Virus record (IMG/VR): IMGVR_UViG_3300033553_000338
Location: 1-64,000 of that record
Strand: one strand, 5' to 3'
DNA: 64,000 nucleotides
Source: a virus
Shown here: piece by piece, positions 58,428-64,000 of the stretch
How the letters are laid out: every line of letters begins with the position of its first letter
Position numbering within the stretch: the stretch's first letter is position 1
Notes under the pieces: generated by a model
Seen by the model: the letters and a program-made list of their open reading frames with translations, nothing else
Database searches by the model: none
What the model was told of the DNA's origin: nothing
Translations under genes and position numbers: made by a program

Positions 58428-58448
58428 TTTTTTTTCATTATACCCCGC

Positions 58449-58898
58449 CTAAAAGAGTAGTTTGGATAATTTCAACATAAGAGACTCAATCTCTGTAGTT
58501 CGAGCGGAGTACGTTAGTAGCTGATTCTTAGACATGCCTTCCCTACCCTGTTTTATTAGCAAGTACTCTTCTCTTAGATCAGATATAATGGAGTTCACCT
58601 CTATAGAACTACCACCATATAGAAAAATGGCTTGGGAGGTTAGTTCAGTAATATCCCTAAGTAAGTATTTCAATGCCTCGTTTACTTTCTCTTTTAAGTT
58701 ATCTAGGGAGCTGATTTCATGTGGGAATACTGTGTGAAGCCCCTTATCCTTAGTATAGTGTAGTTGCTTCCCTATCGCCTGCTCATCTATTAATTTATCA
58801 CAGTGCTCTTTAAGCATTTTCACCCCATCTTTAGGGATTTTTTTTGCTGGGTTAAAGTCGTAAATTCCCTTTGTAGCTGGATCGTAAATAACATACAT
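58449..58898 (-). CDS. Tail fibre assembly-like protein
   Basis: Y...T.G.Y......IP.D.V....E....L...Q..GK.L N-terminus, following a fibre gene. Confidence 0.55.
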   Translation of the reverse strand: MYVIYDPATKGIYDFNPAKKIPKDGVKMLKEHCDKLIDEQAIGKQLHYTKDKGLHTVFPHEISSLDNLKEKVNEALKYLLRDITELTSQAIFLYGGSSIEVNSIISDLREEYLLIKQGREGMSKNQLLTYSARTTEIESLMLKLSKLLF

Positions 58899-58902
58899 AT
58901 CT

Positions 58903-60393
58903 TTAATTTTTAATTCCTACAGCAATATAATGGCAATCTACGGAGGTATTAATAGCCTCTGCTACATCATGCCAGTAAAAGCTACTATAATTTAAAATAT
59001 ACGCCCTCAAAAGCCCAGTACCTCCCACCATTACAACTGAGTAACAGGTAGTAAAAGCTCCAGATCTAAAATATACAGTACCTCCAGTATTTGCATTGAC
59101 TTGACCCCAGGCGATTGTAAGACCTCCTGGAAACCTCTGGTAACCACTAGAGGCGGTTCCTGATTTATTGTCGTTATACGCAGTGTCAATAGTCCCTATA
59201 GTTAGTACATCATCAAGATCAGTGCTATAGCCCGTATTTCCGTTTGCTGTAAACAGACCTGAGACATGTGTCTGGGCAGCCAACAGAACAGTTCCTGGGG
59301 TTGTAGTGGTGGCCATTCCGACACTATATGAATTCACAGCACTCTTTACAAAAGCTGTTGTGGCAATTTTAGTACTATTATCTGTAGACACCTGTGTTGG
59401 GGCAGTGGACCCATTATATAGAGACACTAGCCCAGTTAAAGTACCCCCTGTTAACGGAAGATACCCATGACTGTGGCTTGACGCAGCAGCACCAACTTCC
59501 GAATAGGTATAACTTGGTTTTGTTGAGGCTTTTGCCCAACTGTAAACATCGGATGCTGAACGGGAATCAGATAACCTCCCGTCATTGTTTAATACGACTG
59601 TTTGTCCGTTGGAAACGATTGATCCGGAAGTCCAGATACCACCTGCAAACCCAATAGCAGTCCCTGGAGTTCCTGCATTACAAAATACAATCTGATGACC
59701 CCCAGCCATAGATCCTCCGGTAGTGTTGTTAGTGTGCTTGTAAGCCATTCCATAGAGGGTACCGAAATTAGCTCCATCTGCAGCAACTCTATAAGCTACA
59801 CCCATCGACCACACATGATTTATCTTGTTCGAATCATAGTCTCCAAAAACACCTTTATCCCGATACCCAGTTTCATTCACTATATATCCTCTGTTGTATA
59901 GGGTGTTGCTAATGTAGTCAGTTGTATCTGATCGTAAAAAGCTTCCGCTGGCAATATTATCTAACTTGCTGGAATCCGCAGCTTTGCCATTGCTAAGTAA
60001 AACACTCGTCCCATTAACTGTTGGAGTAGCTTTAAAGTCAACCACACTCGATGCTCTACTACCAGTCATGATTTCAACACCGTTCAGATTGTTATCATGT
60101 CTCCTAAAATACCATTTCGCATTTGTGCCTCCGTTGGTAGCCCCAGATGGAAATGATGCTGCAGCAGTATCACCAGAGTACCCTATTGACAGTCCGTATA
60201 GAAAGTTTGTAGAATTCTCTTTAAACATTATTCTCGAACTTCTATCTGCACTATGTCCAATAGCCTCAAAAGCGAATCCCCCGTCAAGGATCTCCTCAAT
60301 ATATGATTTCTTAGTAAGCAGGTCATTTCCGGCATTACCTGAATGATACGCCTTATGCCCTCCTATGGTTGTTCCCTCTTTTAATATTCCCAT
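58903..60393 (-). CDS. Tail fibre protein with a gp53-like C-terminal domain
   Basis: FLRSD, DVYSWAK..KPSYT..EVGAA..SH.H.YLPL.GG.LTG, APT....DNSTKIATTAFV and SGYQRFPGGL.I.WG. Start moved to ATG 60393. Confidence 0.8.
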   Translation of the reverse strand: MGILKEGTTIGGHKAYHSGNAGNDLLTKKSYIEEILDGGFAFEAIGHSADRSSRIMFKENSTNFLYGLSIGYSGDTAAASFPSGATNGGTNAKWYFRRHDNNLNGVEIMTGSRASSVVDFKATPTVNGTSVLLSNGKAADSSKLDNIASGSFLRSDTTDYISNTLYNRGYIVNETGYRDKGVFGDYDSNKINHVWSMGVAYRVAADGANFGTLYGMAYKHTNNTTGGSMAGGHQIVFCNAGTPGTAIGFAGGIWTSGSIVSNGQTVVLNNDGRLSDSRSASDVYSWAKASTKPSYTYSEVGAAASSHSHGYLPLTGGTLTGLVSLYNGSTAPTQVSTDNSTKIATTAFVKSAVNSYSVGMATTTTPGTVLLAAQTHVSGLFTANGNTGYSTDLDDVLTIGTIDTAYNDNKSGTASSGYQRFPGGLTIAWGQVNANTGGTVYFRSGAFTTCYSVVMVGGTGLLRAYILNYSSFYWHDVAEAINTSVDCHYIAVGIKN

Positions 60394-60395
60394 TG

Positions 60396-63300
60396 TTATA
60401 AGTCGTAATTTATTGTTGCATAAAACCTGTCGTCCCCGTAGGACCTGACTTCTTCTTTGATTAGTCTGTTTCCAAAACCAATACAAGCATAAGGACTTCG
60501 ATAGTAAGAGTCCCAATTATACTCTACAAAGTCAATAGATCCGAGATCAGTCATCACTTGGTCTAGCGTTGCATTTGATTTACAAGCATCGTAACTTGTT
60601 AAAGCCCACCAGAAACTTCCAACATTGAGTAACGCATTTGCAAGATCGGTTCTCGCTTGGTCAACTCCGTATGTATCGTATAAAGTGTTTGATACCAATG
60701 TACCATCGTTCTCAAAAACAGTAAGGTAAAGTCCCCTGCCAGTAGCATTTAGCAGCGTTACATCGTTAAACTTCACTAATCTTGGTAGAACAGCAACATC
60801 ACCAGCGGCTTGAGCACCTCCTATAACGACTACTTTATTTATGCCTTCTATAAATGTACTCAATTTTAACGAGTTTTTCCCTAAGCGCATAGCCTTCTTT
60901 ACATCTGAAATGTCGATTTCTTCAATAACAAGGTCACTTATAAATAAGGTTGTCCCAAGACTCCCAGTGCTCCCATAATTATACCCTATCTTCATTTGAT
61001 AGTAAGTGTCGTAGGTAGTCCCATCTGAACCTAACTGGAATCGGTTAGAAACTGTATAGTAATTAGTTTTCTGAACCCACTCATCTTGGATGGTTCCAGC
61101 TTCCAGTCTTTCAATGTTTCCTATCAAGCCGTGATTTGTCAGCCCAACTCCCATGCTACTCCACCCTATCTCATAAGCAAAATAGTGCTTACAAGTCATT
61201 GTAGACTGACCTTTACACCAATATGTAATTTTATAAGTCTTTCCCTCCTGCTTTGCAGCTTCTGGAGGATATAGACGCAAGCCTCCCCACATTACAGTGC
61301 CTACATCTGGGTAAATGAGATTAGGGGTTCTCTTGATACATACAGAGTACTTGTCAAAGAACCTAGAGGCTTTGACTGCAAATACTTTACATTGAGGCTG
61401 TGTGTAATAACTGATTCCTCCTAAATCCCCAGAAGCCCCACCAAAAACACCATCATTGAAGAAATCTTTGCCCATATACTTTGAACCAAGTAAATTCTCG
61501 GACTCATACATTTCCTCAACAAACACATCACCTGATTTATCTGGGGAGAAAGAGCTTTTTGGGAAGTCGTCTTTAACAACATCGTACACGGACACTTCTT
61601 TAATAATCCCTCCCCAGTCACCTGAAAGTTCAATACTATCAAACTTGAAGCTAGTAGCACCAAAATCTGTTGCCGGATCTACCGGAAGTTGCCATGTTAC
61701 TTGTTGCCCGTCCTGCGAGTGTAATTTGAGTGTGACTGTATTTCCACTACGAGTTATAAATCCTTCAAAAGGGACTCCAGATTCAGTGTTAAAATCCTTA
61801 TGCACGTTATGGCTTCCACCATCAAAGTCATTGCCATTGAGATAAGGTACTGTGGTATAAGACCTAAAGAGAATATCTGTGCCGGAATTATCAACTAGAG
61901 TAAACATAGCAAGCTGTACAGGCCGATTGTCAGAATTCTTCATAGCAATCCCTTTGAAATAAACAGTAGCATCCCCCAGACCCAAGTTAACCGGAAGTTT
62001 CAGTGATCCTGTTGAGGCCCTTTTACCCGCGACAAATGCTGTTGGGTAGTCTTTTCGTTCAAACTGGACATCCCAAATTTCTACATGTACATTTGCTCCT
62101 ATAGTAAAGTCCATAAATCGATAAGTATTGTCGTGAGACGAGCGACTTCCTGTAGCATAGCAAAACAGATAATCATCAAACTCTTTAACCCCTGACTTAG
62201 AAAATACTGTATCACACCAGTCATTCATGTAGAAAGTACCCTCAGAGATAAACTTCATTTTAAAGGACATAGTGTAAGTGTATCCTCCTACTAGCTTACT
62301 GACAGGTATGTAAAACCTCATAGTGCCTCCTGTGGAGCTTCCTAGTATTTTATATCTGGAGTTCTCAATAAGAGTTGTGCAAGTTCCTTGAGATCCTATA
62401 GTCCAGTTAATGACCCCGTTATCATATAATAAGTTCTCAGTCGCCTCGTCAACGATAATACCTTCACGGGAATACTCAACATCTTTAATCTCCAGTCTGT
62501 GAGTCTTTCCTGCTGGTGTTTCCGGGTAAGTTCCTTCTTGGGCACTATCGAAAATAGTGTACCAGAGAATTCCATCAGCAGACACCTCTGTCTTAGTGCT
62601 GTAGTAAGTTCTTCCATCACCATAGTAGTGCCATACCTTGATCTCCTCTAATTTATATAAATGCCCAAGATCAACTTGAACCCAGTCTAATCCATTGCTT
62701 GTATCAAAATGAGAGACCATATTACCGTCAGTTAGCATAGGTCTTGATCCTCCCAAGTTATCAGAAGAAGATTTACCTAGTGCAACGTTCTCTCCAGAAT
62801 AAGTAATTGCCTGTATCTCTACCCAATGGTTATATATATCAGTAGTACTCCCATTCAAATAGTCCCGAATATACCGAACCCCTAAAGGGTTAAATACGTT
62901 CCCTTCTCCATTTAGTAAGTCACTAATACTTGGCTCTGTACCATCAATAAGATCCACACGAGGGTAGCACCAGAGTTGATGTGTTTCAGGTGCTGTGGAG
63001 TAGTACAAGTAAGTCCTGTGACGGGCTGAAGTTGTTTCAGGAATCCATTTATAATCAACACAGGTTGAAATTTTGTTTCCCGATAAGTCGTATGTCCCTG
63101 TATCTGGATGAGTTATATACTCCGTATTGTCATGTTCCCATACATGAGCAACTAATAACACCCACTCATTTAAAGGAAAATACCACCCACCTGACCTGAA
63201 ATAAGGATTAGTGTTTAAAGTTGTACTCCCATTGTTTGCGACAACTCCGCTGACACTTCCATACCCATTGAGCCCAAAGTAAAAGCTACCATTACCTAAA

Positions 63301-63671
63301 GTGTTCCTACGAATCCAAGTAGAAAATCTGTACATTTTTGAGTTGTCTATTGGAAAAGTACTTGTAGCCCAGCCACCATCAGCCCCACTCTCTACATCGT
63401 TGTTTAAAGTTTGCCATACAGGAGTTAATTTCCCAAAAGGGTCTTTGTCCAGTATGATTGAGTTTCCATCCCCATTCTGGCCAAATATCCCTTGAGACCC
63501 AGAAGTACCTACTGCCCAGACTCTATAGTCTATTAAGTTCTTGTATGCAACCCCTTTCATGGAATTACTAATAGCAAATTTCAAGTTGTCTTTATTCGTT
63601 GGAAGTTCAGTAAATACTCCCAAAGCTTTTAAATCACCTCCCCCTGATAAACTTGCTACTTTCGTTCCCAT
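60396..63671 (-). CDS. Multi-lectin tail fibre / receptor-binding protein
   Basis: CBM-like domain (ADGGW...YRFS.W...PRVD..DG.EPSI), F5/8C discoidin (VRYIRD..NG...NHWVEIQ...QVDLG...I.VWHYY.DGR), LamG/CBM-like region, C-terminal ILEI-like domain (GRGL.L.....YDTY...TSYDA...R..YA.IG). Confidence 0.75.
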   Translation of the reverse strand: MGTKVASLSGGGDLKALGVFTELPTNKDNLKFAISNSMKGVAYKNLIDYRVWAVGTSGSQGIFGQNGDGNSIILDKDPFGKLTPVWQTLNNDVESGADGGWATSTFPIDNSKMYRFSTWIRRNTLGNGSFYFGLNGYGSVSGVVANNGSTTLNTNPYFRSGGWYFPLNEWVLLVAHVWEHDNTEYITHPDTGTYDLSGNKISTCVDYKWIPETTSARHRTYLYYSTAPETHQLWCYPRVDLIDGTEPSISDLLNGEGNVFNPLGVRYIRDYLNGSTTDIYNHWVEIQAITYSGENVALGKSSSDNLGGSRPMLTDGNMVSHFDTSNGLDWVQVDLGHLYKLEEIKVWHYYGDGRTYYSTKTEVSADGILWYTIFDSAQEGTYPETPAGKTHRLEIKDVEYSREGIIVDEATENLLYDNGVINWTIGSQGTCTTLIENSRYKILGSSTGGTMRFYIPVSKLVGGYTYTMSFKMKFISEGTFYMNDWCDTVFSKSGVKEFDDYLFCYATGSRSSHDNTYRFMDFTIGANVHVEIWDVQFERKDYPTAFVAGKRASTGSLKLPVNLGLGDATVYFKGIAMKNSDNRPVQLAMFTLVDNSGTDILFRSYTTVPYLNGNDFDGGSHNVHKDFNTESGVPFEGFITRSGNTVTLKLHSQDGQQVTWQLPVDPATDFGATSFKFDSIELSGDWGGIIKEVSVYDVVKDDFPKSSFSPDKSGDVFVEEMYESENLLGSKYMGKDFFNDGVFGGASGDLGGISYYTQPQCKVFAVKASRFFDKYSVCIKRTPNLIYPDVGTVMWGGLRLYPPEAAKQEGKTYKITYWCKGQSTMTCKHYFAYEIGWSSMGVGLTNHGLIGNIERLEAGTIQDEWVQKTNYYTVSNRFQLGSDGTTYDTYYQMKIGYNYGSTGSLGTTLFISDLVIEEIDISDVKKAMRLGKNSLKLSTFIEGINKVVVIGGAQAAGDVAVLPRLVKFNDVTLLNATGRGLYLTVFENDGTLVSNTLYDTYGVDQARTDLANALLNVGSFWWALTSYDACKSNATLDQVMTDLGSIDFVEYNWDSYYRSPYACIGFGNRLIKEEVRSYGDDRFYATINYDL

Positions 63672-63678
63672 GATTAGG

Positions 63679-63999
63679 TTAGTTAATTATAAAATCAATC
63701 GTTTTGTCTGTGTCATTCCATTCAACCTTAAAGCCTTCCGCACCAGAGTCGTTCTTCACTTCAACATGCTTCCGAACTTCCGTATAACCTGCTACTACTA
63801 AATTAGTATGAATGTCTACTTTAGATCCATCGTGCCACACATCTACAGCTCTCCTTACTGTTCCATTATAAGAAAACCATGAGGAGACTGAAGTTCCAAC
63901 TCCGAAAGCAAATCCACCGGATGCATTATTTACAAATAAGGAATTAGAACTAATAACACTGGAACTCCATGCTTGAGCCATATCTACTTTTGCAGCTTT
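63679..63999 (-). CDS. Partial (5'-truncated) tail fibre-like protein
   Basis: The frame stays open upstream of ATG 63981 (KAAKVD-M) to the window edge. C-terminus F.VEWN..DKTIDF. Confidence 0.55.
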   Translation of the reverse strand, partial: KAAKVDMAQAWSSSVISSNSLFVNNASGGFAFGVGTSVSSWFSYNGTVRRAVDVWHDGSKVDIHTNLVVAGYTEVRKHVEVKNDSGAEGFKVEWNDTDKTIDFIIN

Positions 64000-64000
64000 A

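Noticed and set aside
60394-60516. N-terminal extension of the 537-aa fibre ORF given in the track
   Set aside because: It overlaps the upstream gene by 121 nt. ATG 60393 lies just after the upstream stop and is more plausible.
8004-63801. Numerous plus-strand ORFs of 60-150 aa opposite the late genes
   Set aside because: They are antisense shadows of long genes, with no leaders or recognisable motifs.
7713-63999. Stop-codon reassignment (TAG or TGA), common in some crAss-like phages
   Set aside because: Genes up to 3098 aa are intact under the standard code. TAG ends genes at 57032 and 58449, and TGA ends the gene at 56786.
58449-64000. Diversity-generating retroelement or invertible fibre cassette
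   Set aside because: No reverse transcriptase, recombinase or template/variable repeat pair is visible in the window.
1-64000. tRNA or rRNA genes
   Set aside because: No intergenic stretch shows cloverleaf or T-loop signatures by eye. tRNAscan-SE would confirm.

Overview
The window is a 64-kb part of a crAss-like phage genome (Crassvirales, Bacteroidota host). From recalled motifs it most resembles the delta/Suoliviridae group. It uses the standard genetic code. 1-3.8 kb: small plus-strand early/middle genes (HAD phosphatase of the PNK type, WDGH-domain protein, MmcB-like nuclease). 3.7-6.6 kb: a minus-strand thyA / PD-(D/E)XK exonuclease operon. 6.7-7.7 kb: a divergent NUMOD4-HNH-HNH-HTH gene. 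7.7-64 kb: one long minus-strand late module. In transcription order it holds mosaic tail fibres, holin-like genes, ring proteins, scaffold, major capsid protein, portal-vertex and auxiliary capsid proteins, IHF-like proteins, a 2296-aa muzzle and a set of virion cargo proteins. The cargo set includes a lysozyme fusion, a 3098-aa membrane/SF1-helicase protein, a 2846-aa virion RNA polymerase (DFDID), a protein with two degenerate zincin domains and a 1474-aa nuclease fusion. Non-coding signals: a recurring candidate late promoter TTCGTATATTA (9 copies, some fused to terminators), host-type TAnnTTTG promoters in the early region, and strong regional CCGG over-representation that is absent from the tail-fibre block. 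All family assignments come from motif recognition without database searches.
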